The notes under the pieces: model-generated | The model's database searches: none | What the model was told of the DNA's origin: nothing | The model's input: only the letters and a program-made list of their open reading frames with translations | Made by a program: the position numbers and the translations under genes | Part shown: piece by piece, positions 45,238 through 54,140 of the stretch | Numbering within the stretch: position 1 is the first letter of the stretch | How the letters are laid out: each line of letters opens with the position of its first letter | Virus record (IMG/VR): IMGVR_UViG_3300022562_002256 | Location: 96,001-160,000 of that record | Source of the DNA: a virus | Reading direction: 5' to 3' (one strand) | Length of the DNA stretch: 64,000 bases

Positions 45238-45717
45238 TCACGTCGTGCATAAGTTGCGGGGGTCGCCGGTGTCTCGCATGCCACGCCGCAGTTTGGTCAG
45301 CTCGGCGTGGACCGAGTAGGGCGTCACCTGCCGGTCCACCCAGTCTCGCAACGCCGCCTCGTATGCCCACCGCTTGCCCCCCCGCGCCTTCAGCAGCGGC
45401 ACTGGATCGTGATCCCGGAGCGCCAACCGTCCGACCTCTGACTCGCTCATGCCGAGCACATGGGCAATGTCACGGCGCCCATGCACACGCGCCAGGGCGG
45501 TCCCGTCCGCGAGCACGCCACCGTTGAACGTGCGGGCCTTCCACTCGTCGAGCGCGCCCGGCTTTGCCCACGGCTGTCCCCGAACCGCCATCACCGGCAG
45601 CGGGTCGACGCGCCTACGCGCGTAAGCCAACACCGTGTCGGGGCACGACACGACGGCCAACCGGCGCGCTATGGCCTTCCAGCCGATGAGAGGGGGCGCC
45701 GATGGGGCTGTCAGCAC
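45238..45717 (-). CDS. tandem excisionase/AlpA-like winged-HTH protein
   Basis: Two internal repeats: IGWKAIARRL...DPLPV...W...ALDEW and HGRRDIAHVLG...DPVPL...WAYEAALRDW. Confidence 0.6.
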   Translation of the reverse strand: MLTAPSAPPLIGWKAIARRLAVVSCPDTVLAYARRRVDPLPVMAVRGQPWAKPGALDEWKARTFNGGVLADGTALARVHGRRDIAHVLGMSESEVGRLALRDHDPVPLLKARGGKRWAYEAALRDWVDRQVTPYSVHAELTKLRRGMRDTGDPRNLCTT

Positions 45718-46262
45718 GGCGGGCCACACCAGCCCCACCACAGGCTGATGAACATGTCGGCCGCCGCCGACAACGCCGCGTCGTGATCCTCGTAGATGCC
45801 GGTCACACGGTCGGGTTCGTCTTGCATGCGCACGATGCCGACGTGGCCGCCGCGGCAGAGCCCCGTCGTCGGGTATGGCCCATTGGGGAGCGCCTCCGTT
45901 ATGGCCCACGCAGCCCGCTGCATAGGCGACAGATCCGCCCATGCCACGCAGTGCGGATTCCCACCACACGCGGCGGCGTACGTCTGTTCGCCGGCTGACG
46001 GTGCCGAGTTGTCCACCGGCGCTGGAGGAGACTCACTCGCGTCCCAGCGCTCGACTATCGCGCCGGTGCCGGTGACATCGCGCATGCCCACCGCGCAGTC
46101 CAGAAATTCCCCCCCAGCGATTTCGCGCGCGCGCACGCCATGGGCGGTGTGGCCCCCACAGAACAGCAATACCGTGCTTTCCGCCAGCCCGTCAACCACG
46201 CGGCGCCGCCAATAGAGCCGCCCCGGCGTGGGCCGCCACGCCGCATCAATCACATCGCCCAT
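45711..46262 (-). CDS. hypothetical protein
   Basis: GGAGGAG RBS. Confidence 0.55.
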   Translation of the reverse strand: MGDVIDAAWRPTPGRLYWRRRVVDGLAESTVLLFCGGHTAHGVRAREIAGGEFLDCAVGMRDVTGTGAIVERWDASESPPAPVDNSAPSAGEQTYAAACGGNPHCVAWADLSPMQRAAWAITEALPNGPYPTTGLCRGGHVGIVRMQDEPDRVTGIYEDHDAALSAAADMFISLWWGWCGPPC

Positions 46263-46292
46263 GTGCTTGCTCCTCCGCGAGCGCCCCCCACA

Positions 46293-46308
46293 TGCACGCC
46301 GTGTGCCA
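46293..46308 (-). promoter_or_regulatory. sigma-54 promoter (leadered)
   Basis: TGGCACACGGCGTGCA; RBS-containing leader. Confidence 0.7.
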
Positions 46309-46312
46309 GCAC

Positions 46313-47530
46313 TCAGGGAGCGTCCCCGCGGAAATAGGACGCCTCGATGCGGGCGGGCCGCTCGCTTGGTGACGACGGGCGGCGGCCCGCCCTGTCGTCG
46401 CGCGGGGGGATGAGCCCGTGGAGTTGCGACTCGTCGGCAACCAAATCCCGCCGCCCCTCCATGAGGGCACGCATCCCAGCCGCGGGCACCCTCCGCAAGC
46501 GCGACTCCAGGCGACGTCGCGCCGCCGCAAGGATGCGCCGCACATCCGCGTCCGAAAGCCACGCCGACGCCGCGTTAATGGCCTCAGCCGCATCGAGCAA
46601 CGCCTCACGCCGGGCCGCCACCACACCGACACGTCGCACGCGCACGTCGGTCGGGCGCACATCGACCCCGCCTACCCACGCCCGATACATCAACACTCGC
46701 TCGGCCATAGGGACATCAGCGCCAGCGAGCGCTGACACTTCCGCCGGCGACAGGTCCGCCGCCCCTACCCCCCGCTCAGCGTCTACCCCCCGTTCGACCG
46801 TAGCAAGGCCCTTGACACCAAACTGCGCCGCCCTGGTCTCGCGACATTCGATCTCCCCCCATCGCGCCCGCGTCCGGCCCCGTGTCTCCGCCGCCCGGTC
46901 GAATGAAACCGCTCCCGCACCAAGCGGGCAGCGGGCCGCCGACGCCGCTGCCAACACGTGCTGCGCCGACCGGAACGGCGCGCGCGGGGTAGTCGTCTGG
47001 CGTTGCCGGATCCGTCGATCGCACGGGTCACCACTCAGAAGCGCCGCAACCGCAGGGTCATGCGCCCAGGGGGCCAGTGCCGCCACGATCGCCTCCCAGC
47101 CGCCACTGAGCAACGGGCGGAGGTCGTTGTTCTCGAGCGCGCGGAACGAAAGCGACACCATGCGCCGCACCTCGTCAGGGGATGTCCGCGGTGGCCGGAT
47201 GAACCGCCACCGCTCGTACGCCTCCAACAGGAGGGGGCAGTCGCGCTTTTCGTCGCGGAGGTTGTGCTCCGTCGCCCCGTAGGGCATGCACACGCGCCGC
47301 GTAGATGGCTTTCCGTATGCCGGTCGGCCCTGTGGGTAGTCGGCGACGTGGCGGCCCCGTGTGGGGGCGCTGTGTGCCACGGCGAGGCGTTCCGCCAGCG
47401 GGCGCTCGACCACATCACCCCACGGCGAGGTCGGATCCGCCGGGTCCAGACGCCGGACGCTCAATGTCGCTCGAGAACGGGGTGGCGGAGTATGTTCGCT
47501 CGGGATCTGTTGCACCTGGGGGGCTGCCAT
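46313..47530 (-). CDS. hypothetical Arg-rich protein
   Basis: 405 aa ORF filling the gap between flanking genes. Confidence 0.5.
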   Translation of the reverse strand: MAAPQVQQIPSEHTPPPRSRATLSVRRLDPADPTSPWGDVVERPLAERLAVAHSAPTRGRHVADYPQGRPAYGKPSTRRVCMPYGATEHNLRDEKRDCPLLLEAYERWRFIRPPRTSPDEVRRMVSLSFRALENNDLRPLLSGGWEAIVAALAPWAHDPAVAALLSGDPCDRRIRQRQTTTPRAPFRSAQHVLAAASAARCPLGAGAVSFDRAAETRGRTRARWGEIECRETRAAQFGVKGLATVERGVDAERGVGAADLSPAEVSALAGADVPMAERVLMYRAWVGGVDVRPTDVRVRRVGVVAARREALLDAAEAINAASAWLSDADVRRILAAARRRLESRLRRVPAAGMRALMEGRRDLVADESQLHGLIPPRDDRAGRRPSSPSERPARIEASYFRGDAP

Positions 47531-47563
47531 GCTCTCCTGTCTAGCACGGCCCCGGCATCTCGG

Positions 47564-48049
47564 CTAAGAGACATCGGCTTGCTCGCAGCAGCGAAGCAAC
47601 TCGGAGGTCAACAATCCACACGCCGCCGCGACCCGTCCCAACACAACGAGCGACGGCACCCGCTCGTCACTTTCCATCAAGGATATGTAGGGGCTGGTTA
47701 CGCCGACAGCCCGGGCGAGCGCCTTCTGGCTCAACCGCGCACTGACACGCGCGCGCCGCAGTCCTTTCCCACAGCGCAGACGGGCGTCAGCCTTTTCCGC
47801 CCTGGCGGCGTCATGCCTTATGGTGGCAGACTGATGCCTGTTCGCGAGGGATCGCAGGTCCCGTGCCAGGTTGGGGAACTCGCGTTCACAAGCGTCCGCA
47901 TACGCCAGCGCCGCCGGAACCGCATACGGGTCGTGGGCCCAATCGAGCACAAAGTACTCGCAACCCTCGTGCTTCGCCCCGGGCGCAGAACCGCCATCCG
48001 TGCGCTCCACCGTGAACTTCCTGTACACCCCTTCGCTTTTCTCACTCAT
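47564..48049 (-). CDS. conserved phage domain fused to an XRE HTH
   Basis: GVYRKFTVERTDG..KHEGCEYFVLD..HDP.A..A..AYA plus LRRARVSARLSQKALARAVGVTSPYISLMESDER. Confidence 0.75.
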   Translation of the reverse strand: MSEKSEGVYRKFTVERTDGGSAPGAKHEGCEYFVLDWAHDPYAVPAALAYADACEREFPNLARDLRSLANRHQSATIRHDAARAEKADARLRCGKGLRRARVSARLSQKALARAVGVTSPYISLMESDERVPSLVVLGRVAAACGLLTSELLRCCEQADVS

Positions 48050-48070
48050 CGCCAACTCCTTGATACCCTT

Positions 48071-48679
48071 TCACCGCCCCACCAACATAGCCCCCGGCAA
48101 GAGCCCCAAGCCCCGGGCAAGAGCAGCACAGAAACGCAGCTTTTCTTCAGCGCACCACCATCGCACGTAGTACGTGACGTCGACCATCTCACACCCCACG
48201 TCGACTACGTGGTCGACGCACCACCCCGTCGGTGCGAGTAGCGCACACAGTTCGGCATTGGCGGGGGGCGGGTCGCTGAACTGCCGCAACCACAGCATGC
48301 GCGCTCGGTGCGCTGCAATCACCTCGGCGGGGAGAGGGGTGCGTATGACGCTCTCCCCCCTGACCACAAGGCGCTCCCCCTCCCACCACCTATACCGCTC
48401 CCACGGCACGGTGTCATGCTCGATGAAGTGGGGCACGCAAGAGCATGGGCGCTCCGTTGGGTGCGCATCGCTCATCGTCTCCACGATGGTTACCTGCTCG
48501 CTGTAGTCGGGCGAGAACCACCACCAATCGCCGGCAGGTTCAAGCCCCTCAAACGTGACGGGTGGGGGCGTCGCGCCCAACCCCACCGCAGCAAGTGGCA
48601 CCCGCACGGCGAGGTGGGCGTGCCGGTGCTTGCTGCGCACCCCACGCATGAGACGCTTCCGTACCGTTCTAGCGTTCAC
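48071..48679 (-). CDS. hypothetical protein
   Basis: In operon order. Confidence 0.5.
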   Translation of the reverse strand: MNARTVRKRLMRGVRSKHRHAHLAVRVPLAAVGLGATPPPVTFEGLEPAGDWWWFSPDYSEQVTIVETMSDAHPTERPCSCVPHFIEHDTVPWERYRWWEGERLVVRGESVIRTPLPAEVIAAHRARMLWLRQFSDPPPANAELCALLAPTGWCVDHVVDVGCEMVDVTYYVRWWCAEEKLRFCAALARGLGLLPGAMLVGR

Positions 48680-49184
48680 TTAGCCCCCACCTTGCGCGCC
48701 AACCACGCGCGCGCCTCCGGGCTCGCGGGCTCGACGTACACCAATGCGAGACCGTACCACCAACCGGTGTCGGCATCGCACGTGGTGCGACGCACGCACT
48801 TGACCACGAGCCACTCCCCCGCCCACTCTCCCGGCGCAGGTCTCCCCGCTCCATGGAATAGGAGTAGAGCGCGCTAGCGCGAGGGTCATCGATGTCGACT
48901 TGACATGCCCACCGCGCCGGATGGCGCCGCGGGTCGTCGGGGTACAAGCGAAGGCTGCACGCCGCGATCTCGCCCAGCATGAGGGCGCGCCACCCCTCGA
49001 TCGGTGTCGCATCGGGCGGGGCGTGGAGGTAGCACACCTTCGCACCGTCGGGGCGCACGTACACCGCCACCCGGCTGTAGTAGCCACACTCGACGCAGCA
49101 CGTGTGCTGCGTCGAGTAGCGCAGCAAGCGCCCACCCCCGCAGGTCGTGAAGGTGCACCCGCTGCACAGCGGTGGTAAAATCAA
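48669..49184 (-). CDS. Cys-rich hypothetical protein
   Basis: CSGC...CVEC...CYLH; coupled. Confidence 0.5.
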   Translation of the reverse strand: MILPPLCSGCTFTTCGGGRLLRYSTQHTCCVECGYYSRVAVYVRPDGAKVCYLHAPPDATPIEGWRALMLGEIAACSLRLYPDDPRRHPARWACQVDIDDPRASALYSYSMERGDLRRESGRGSGSWSSACVAPRAMPTPVGGTVSHWCTSSPRARRRARGWRARWGLSER

Positions 49185-49909
49185 TGCCTTTCATCGCGCC
49201 CAAGCCAGTCCGGCATATCGCACACTTCAACGCCGTCGAGCAGACAGCCGGAGCGCGCGCGCCCGAGCGCGTAGTAAGTCCGGTTCTCGCACATCAGCCG
49301 TGTCGCACCGGCGCGCCACGCCGGATCGCGCATATCGACTTGTGACCAGCAAAGCCACTCCCCCCACCCCGCGAAGATCACGGGCACCTGAGCATCGCGG
49401 CACTGGTTGACCACCTCGCGCACGTGCTCGGGGCGCAGCCAGTCGTCGAAGCCGGCGACGACCACGATGTCCGGGCGCACACGTCGCACACGTCGCACAC
49501 TGCCCTCGGACACCCACTCCATTGTTCTCCGGTCGATGTGCCCCATCTCATAGAAAACGCGGCGTAGATCAATCGAGTCCATCGGCTCGACCAGAAGGCC
49601 GTGACGGGCGGCTTGCACCGCGAGCAGCCGCGAGAGGTCGGCCAAGTCCTCTTGGCGCCGCACATGACGCGCGGGGATGATTTCCCCACCCGCCTCGACG
49701 AGAAGTCCACCCACCTCCTTCGGATCCCATTCGCCGGCGCAGATGAAGGTCGAGCCCCGCCCCGCCGCCTCCGCAATTGTTCGACCACCCGGCCAAGTCG
49801 GCCCCGAGTCAAACAACCCCGGCGAGCACACCACAAGGGTGGCATCCGGAATCGGCTCACCGGTGTTCCACCGCCACACGCCCACTGTGCGCCGCGCATG
49901 CTCAACCAT
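49181..49909 (-). CDS. degenerate DUF5131-like protein, paralog 2
   Basis: LLVEPMDSIDL...VVVAGFDDWLRPEHV...QCRDAQVPVIFAGWGEW...GRARSGCLLDG...DMP. Confidence 0.7.
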   Translation of the reverse strand: MVEHARRTVGVWRWNTGEPIPDATLVVCSPGLFDSGPTWPGGRTIAEAAGRGSTFICAGEWDPKEVGGLLVEAGGEIIPARHVRRQEDLADLSRLLAVQAARHGLLVEPMDSIDLRRVFYEMGHIDRRTMEWVSEGSVRRVRRVRPDIVVVAGFDDWLRPEHVREVVNQCRDAQVPVIFAGWGEWLCWSQVDMRDPAWRAGATRLMCENRTYYALGRARSGCLLDGVEVCDMPDWLGRDERH

Positions 49910-50480
49910 CGACGACCTCGTCGTCGTCGCCCGCGGCGACCCGCATGCTGGCTTCTCGGCATTGCTTTACAACGTCGGCCACGTGTTCTGGGTTGAGCGG
50001 GCCCCAAAATCCGCTCACAACCACGAAGTCCACCACGTCCGCGGGCGAACACCACGGGCCGTATCTGTGTTCGGGCTTGGATGGGGCGTACTTGCACAAC
50101 ACAGGGTGCACGTTCAGCCCCTCGACCGGGTCGACCACAATCGCACGCTGGCGAGATCGCACCGCGAGGAGATCGGGCAGTCGCGCAAGGTCCGAGAACC
50201 ACCTGAGGTACAGCGCCGGAATCATCCAGCTTGGCAAGTTGACGTTGTCAGCACACACGAACGTTTGTAGCGGCGCAGATGTAGGCACCACGAACGCCGC
50301 CCGCCGCTTCTCGCCATGGTCACGCATGGCGAAGTATTGGCCGTAGTCGCACCGGGCTAGCATCTCCGGCGCGCACACGACGACATCTGCGTCCGGAATC
50401 GGCTCGTGACGGTCCCACCGCCACGCACGGGGCCTGTCACGTGGTGCGTGCTTGATCACGGCGCACCTCCGAATATCCAC
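49902..50480 (-). CDS. degenerate DUF5131-like protein, paralog 3
   Basis: WRW...IPDADVVVCAP...RLPDLLAV...VDPV...VVVSGF..LNPEHV..VVKQCREA. Confidence 0.6.
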   Translation of the reverse strand: MDIRRCAVIKHAPRDRPRAWRWDRHEPIPDADVVVCAPEMLARCDYGQYFAMRDHGEKRRAAFVVPTSAPLQTFVCADNVNLPSWMIPALYLRWFSDLARLPDLLAVRSRQRAIVVDPVEGLNVHPVLCKYAPSKPEHRYGPWCSPADVVDFVVVSGFWGPLNPEHVADVVKQCREASMRVAAGDDDEVVDG

Positions 50481-50941
50481 GGAACGGCGGCAATGGCATC
50501 CTCGGCGTCACGAATCCCATCCCGGTAGCGTCGCAGGCTCTCTCGCTCATACTCGAGAGCCTGCTCGGCCTCATGGACACGACTTTCCACGTCCTCGGCA
50601 CTCCGCCTCAGCCCGGAGAGACACCGCATTGCAAGATGCGCCGCCGCAATCCTAACACCAAGATCGATGTCGGTCTCCGTGGCCGTACGGATCCTGCATG
50701 GGACGGCGGTACCCTTCGCCTCGCGCGGGACACCGATCTCCGCGTGGGGTGGGTTGAGCCGCCAGCGCCGCCGTCCCATGTCATTCGGCCCTTTTTGGTC
50801 GTACGGGGTCTCGGTGATGTAATCACGCGAGCTCCCGCGGACCACTTTCGCCACAGCGACCACCTTGCCGTCAGCGATGCGCTCGATCGCTACGTGGTCG
50901 CCTACCTTGAACGCCCCCCCTTGCTCAGCGCCGCTCGTCAT
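50456..50941 (-). CDS. hypothetical beta-barrel plus coiled-coil protein
   Basis: FKVGDHVAI...KVVAVAKV resembles the 24124/24555 pair. Confidence 0.5.
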   Translation of the reverse strand: MTSGAEQGGAFKVGDHVAIERIADGKVVAVAKVVRGSSRDYITETPYDQKGPNDMGRRRWRLNPPHAEIGVPREAKGTAVPCRIRTATETDIDLGVRIAAAHLAMRCLSGLRRSAEDVESRVHEAEQALEYERESLRRYRDGIRDAEDAIAAVPWIFGGAP

Positions 50942-51404
50942 CGTCCGCCTCCAACCATCGTGTTGTTGCCTCGGCCATGAGTGCTGCGAACACGTCGGCC
51001 GGCAATCGCTCTCGTGCCACGTCCACGAAAAGTCGCTCCTTCTCCCGGTGGACCGCGCGCGCCTCCACAGCCGCCGTCCGCTTGAATTGGGCGAGGATGC
51101 CGTGCGCCGCCGCAACTTCGCGCTTACGCTGGTCCCTCAGCGCCAAGAGCGCGTTGTACTCGTCTCGAGGCATGTACTCCCCCGTCCGCGCCGCGCGCGC
51201 TTGCGCCTCCCGGATGCGGCCCGCCAGAAGCGAGCACTCGGCCTCAAGCCGGTCTTTTAGGGCCCGTGCTTCTTCGTGGGTGGCTGGAGGCCGTGCTGAC
51301 TCCGTGGAGAGTGCCTGTGGGGCGCCCAGCGCAACAGGCACGGCATCGCGATCCGCACGTGCGCGCCACCACACCTCAATGCCGACGCCCGGGGGCGCCA
51401 TCAC
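50925..51404 (-). CDS. coiled-coil hypothetical protein
   Basis: GTGA coupling. Confidence 0.55.
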   Translation of the reverse strand: MMAPPGVGIEVWWRARADRDAVPVALGAPQALSTESARPPATHEEARALKDRLEAECSLLAGRIREAQARAARTGEYMPRDEYNALLALRDQRKREVAAAHGILAQFKRTAAVEARAVHREKERLFVDVARERLPADVFAALMAEATTRWLEADDDERR

Positions 51405-51613
51405 GGCGTCACCCAGCACGTCGGCCGACCAACAAGCGAGCACTCGATCGCCTGTAAAGGGTTCGGCGGCACGCTCAACGTGCAGTGCGCGACCACATCG
51501 GACGACGCATGACATCGCACACGGGGCTCGCGCAGACCAAGGTCGACAGCCCACGCCGTGCCGATCACTGGGCCATCCAGCACCCCCGCCACCAACCGTG
51601 CCATCACCGTCAT
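51401..51613 (-). CDS. small hypothetical protein
   Basis: ATG 13 nt after a sigma-54 GC. Confidence 0.5.
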   Translation of the reverse strand: MTVMARLVAGVLDGPVIGTAWAVDLGLREPRVRCHASSDVVAHCTLSVPPNPLQAIECSLVGRPTCWVTP

Positions 51614-51966
51614 GGCTCCTCTGGTGGCAATTCCCGTGCCACCCACCGTGCGAAGTCGCCGAGCAGCTTGGGTAGCTCGCTGAGCCGCCCCTCCTCACGC
51701 AGGATGGTCGTCAAAAACCAACTCGACGGGCCACCATTAATCGACGCCACCCATCGGATCATGGCGTCACGGGTCTCAAACGGGTTCGCGCGGTGCGCCG
51801 CCGGGCGCAGGAGCAACTGTCGAGTTTCAACCAGGTTGTACATCGCCAGTTCCTGGGCGAACGGTGGCCCCCACATCTCCGGCGCGCGCTCATAGTTCTC
51901 GATCCATGCGCTCACCCGGGTGAGCGCGGCGTCGAACCCTTCAGCCTTTTTGGCGTCACTGGTCAT
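51610..51966 (-). CDS. hypothetical protein
   Basis: ATGA coupling on both sides. Confidence 0.55.
   Translation of the reverse strand: MTSDAKKAEGFDAALTRVSAWIENYERAPEMWGPPFAQELAMYNLVETRQLLLRPAAHRANPFETRDAMIRWVASINGGPSSWFLTTILREEGRLSELPKLLGDFARWVARELPPEEP
51626..51641 (-). promoter_or_regulatory. sigma-54 promoter (inside the 3' end of the upstream gene)
   Basis: TGGCACGGGAATTGCC; 13 nt to ATG. Confidence 0.6.
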
Positions 51967-52514
51967 TGCTCGCCTCGTAGGCGGCACATCTCGGCGTATA
52001 ACCTCTCACCGGTGCCGCTGGCCTTTTCCTCGACGTACAACGCCTCCAACTCGCCCCACGCCCCGACGAGTGGCCCCCACCCCGGGTAGCGAGCCATCTC
52101 CCCGATGCGCGCGCGCCACTCCGGGAATTTGGCCAGCAGCCTGTGGCACCGGCCGAAGTCGGCCGGGTCAAGTGGCGGACTCGGCCCCCACGTCGACTCG
52201 GCCGCCATGCCCTGCATGTGACGCCAGATGGCCACCGACGAGATCCCCGTGTCTCCCGACCGAATCCACTGCTCGGGCGTGGTGACGTTCAGTTCGACGC
52301 ATCGGTCGTAGGTGTGCCCCAACCGCAGGCACGTCGAGCACCTCACGTCGGGCGGCTCGCGACAGTCCGCGTGCTCATCCGCGAACGCCTTCAGTGAGGC
52401 GAGGTAGATTGACATCGGCACGGGCATGGAGATCGCGTACGACTCCCCGCAATGATTGCACTGGAGTCGCCCGAGGTCGCCAGCTACCACGTGGCTGCGC
52501 TGTGTCTTTTCCAT
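51963..52514 (-). CDS. conserved phage protein with N-terminal Zn motifs
   Basis: W..SGDTGISS..IW...P.DPADFGRC..LL..FPEWR. Confidence 0.7.
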   Translation of the reverse strand: MEKTQRSHVVAGDLGRLQCNHCGESYAISMPVPMSIYLASLKAFADEHADCREPPDVRCSTCLRLGHTYDRCVELNVTTPEQWIRSGDTGISSVAIWRHMQGMAAESTWGPSPPLDPADFGRCHRLLAKFPEWRARIGEMARYPGWGPLVGAWGELEALYVEEKASGTGERLYAEMCRLRGEQ

Positions 52515-52906
52515 AACCTCCTAATAACGCCTTGGTCACCCCTAGGTGACCAAGGATTCCGGTCGCACATCGCGTGGTGCCGCTTCGTGCCACGTCCCCG
52601 GCACTTTCGGCACAGGTTGTGGCACTGCCTCGCCCGCGCTTGCCGCTCTTGGCCAAGCACCGTGGCCCGCGCCGCCGGGACCACCTCGACCCGGACGTCG
52701 GGGGGCAGCACAATCGCCGACGTGTCAGCGATGGCAGCGACGGTGTCCCACCACTCCGGCACGTTCGCCAACCGCGCGACGGTGATCATGCGGAGCGGAT
52801 GTCGCCGACGCTCGGCGTAGCAGAGGCGCACATACTCCCGCTGCTCGCGGCTCCATGGCACCGGCCACGCCAGCCACGGGTCGGCAATGCACGCGGTGTC
52901 CATCAC
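52484..52906 (-). CDS. hypothetical protein
   Basis: GTGA coupling; C-terminal Cys cluster. Confidence 0.45.
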   Translation of the reverse strand: MMDTACIADPWLAWPVPWSREQREYVRLCYAERRRHPLRMITVARLANVPEWWDTVAAIADTSAIVLPPDVRVEVVPAARATVLGQERQARARQCHNLCRKCRGRGTKRHHAMCDRNPWSPRGDQGVIRRLWKRHSAATW

Positions 52907-53538
52907 GTGGTGGCCACCACCACATCCGCCGTGTCTACTTCCCAGGAGCGAATCGGGTCGCGCCACCCGCGGACGTGCTCATCCATCCATGCCTCGACAT
53001 CCTTCTCGAGCGACCGAAGGCGTTCGTCGCGCACCGGCCAATCGAGTTGCCCGACGGGAAGACGGGGAGACTGGTAGACCACGGCACCCGCAGTATCGCT
53101 CGATGCATCCAGCACCTCAACATAATCGGCCGGATAGGGGGCGGCGGCGTCGCCGTGCCGCCATCGCAGCACAAACCGCGGCACGAAGCTCATGCGCGCC
53201 CGGCGGTCGCAAACCGCGGCGTTGTAAAAGATCCGCGCGCGCTGTCGGCCCCGCTCATCGCGCAACTCCGACAACATCGGGTGGGTGGTCGGAGCCTTCG
53301 ACCACCCTGTCGGGAGTTTTACGTTGACGAACAAGGGATCACCCGCCACCGGACCCTCGATCACCCCTCCCAGCGCCGTGAACAGCTCCGCGCCACGCTC
53401 GCCCATGTCCGACGGGAGCGATGTGCTTTCCGCCAGTTCGCGCTGTCCTCGCGCCTCTTGGGCCTCGATGCCGCCAGGCGTATCCGCTGTGATGATTTTG
53501 ACCGCCATCGGAAGCCTCGTCGTGTTCGTGATGCTCAT
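52903..53538 (-). CDS. conserved phage hypothetical protein
   Basis: GGIEAQEARGQ...DPLF..V.LPTGW...T.H.M.S.L.DERGR.RA.IFY.AA..DR. Confidence 0.7.
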   Translation of the reverse strand: MSITNTTRLPMAVKIITADTPGGIEAQEARGQRELAESTSLPSDMGERGAELFTALGGVIEGPVAGDPLFVNVKLPTGWSKAPTTHPMLSELRDERGRQRARIFYNAAVCDRRARMSFVPRFVLRWRHGDAAAPYPADYVEVLDASSDTAGAVVYQSPRLPVGQLDWPVRDERLRSLEKDVEAWMDEHVRGWRDPIRSWEVDTADVVVATT

Positions 53539-53729
53539 GCTCGTTCTCGCCCTTCCTTAACCGCCCGCTCCAACGGACCCGGTTCTCGCTCCTCTGTCGA
53601 CGGTTGTGCCGAATACAGTGTCACCGTCAGCCCGCCGACCGAAATGGTCACCGTCTTGCTCGCGGCGGAGTCGGCTACCATCGCTGCCACTGCGCGTGCC
53701 CGCGGGGCCACCCATCGGCGCGCGCTCAT
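53535..53729 (-). CDS. small hypothetical protein
   Basis: ATG 11 nt after a sigma-54 GC. Confidence 0.45.
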   Translation of the reverse strand: MSARRWVAPRARAVAAMVADSAASKTVTISVGGLTVTLYSAQPSTEEREPGPLERAVKEGRERA

Positions 53730-53739
53730 GCCGACGGTG

Positions 53740-53755
53740 TGCACATCACGTGCCA
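53740..53755 (-). promoter_or_regulatory. sigma-54 promoter
   Basis: TGGCACGTGATGTGCA. Confidence 0.7.
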
Positions 53756-53769
53756 AGCCCCGCGCTACA

Positions 53770-54093
53770 TCACCAATCTTCACAGATGTCCTCCAACACG
53801 TCCGCCGCGACCGAACGGATCGTTTCGCTCGGATCGTTCGACGCGCACCTTCGTATGCGCTCGATGACATCATCACTGGGGTGTCGCGCCAGCCCATACA
53901 GCGCCCCCTCCCTGACCATCGATGACTCGTGGTCGAGCAACGGGATAAGCGCGGATGTCACGCGTTCGGCGTCGAGCGTCAGGATGTACCCAGCGTGCTC
54001 GGCGGCAAACGTGAGGTCGTACGGCGCCAACCCGCCACCCCTGATCGAGCCAAGGAGAGCCTCCGGCTCATGGCGTGCCTGCCAGATGAACAT
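53770..54093 (-). CDS. HEAT/PBS-lyase repeat protein
   Basis: LIPLLDHESSMVREGALYGL...NDPSETIRSVAADVL. Confidence 0.7.
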   Translation of the reverse strand: MFIWQARHEPEALLGSIRGGGLAPYDLTFAAEHAGYILTLDAERVTSALIPLLDHESSMVREGALYGLARHPSDDVIERIRRCASNDPSETIRSVAADVLEDICEDW

Positions 54094-54140
54094 AGCCTCA
54101 CACGAGCTCGACCACGTAGGCCGGGCGACGTCATCCGCTC

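Noticed and set aside
47853-47868. Sigma-54-like match TGGCACGGGACCTGCG
   Set aside because: Mid-CDS (encodes LARDLR) with no downstream start; shows that the GC-rich background gives some false positives
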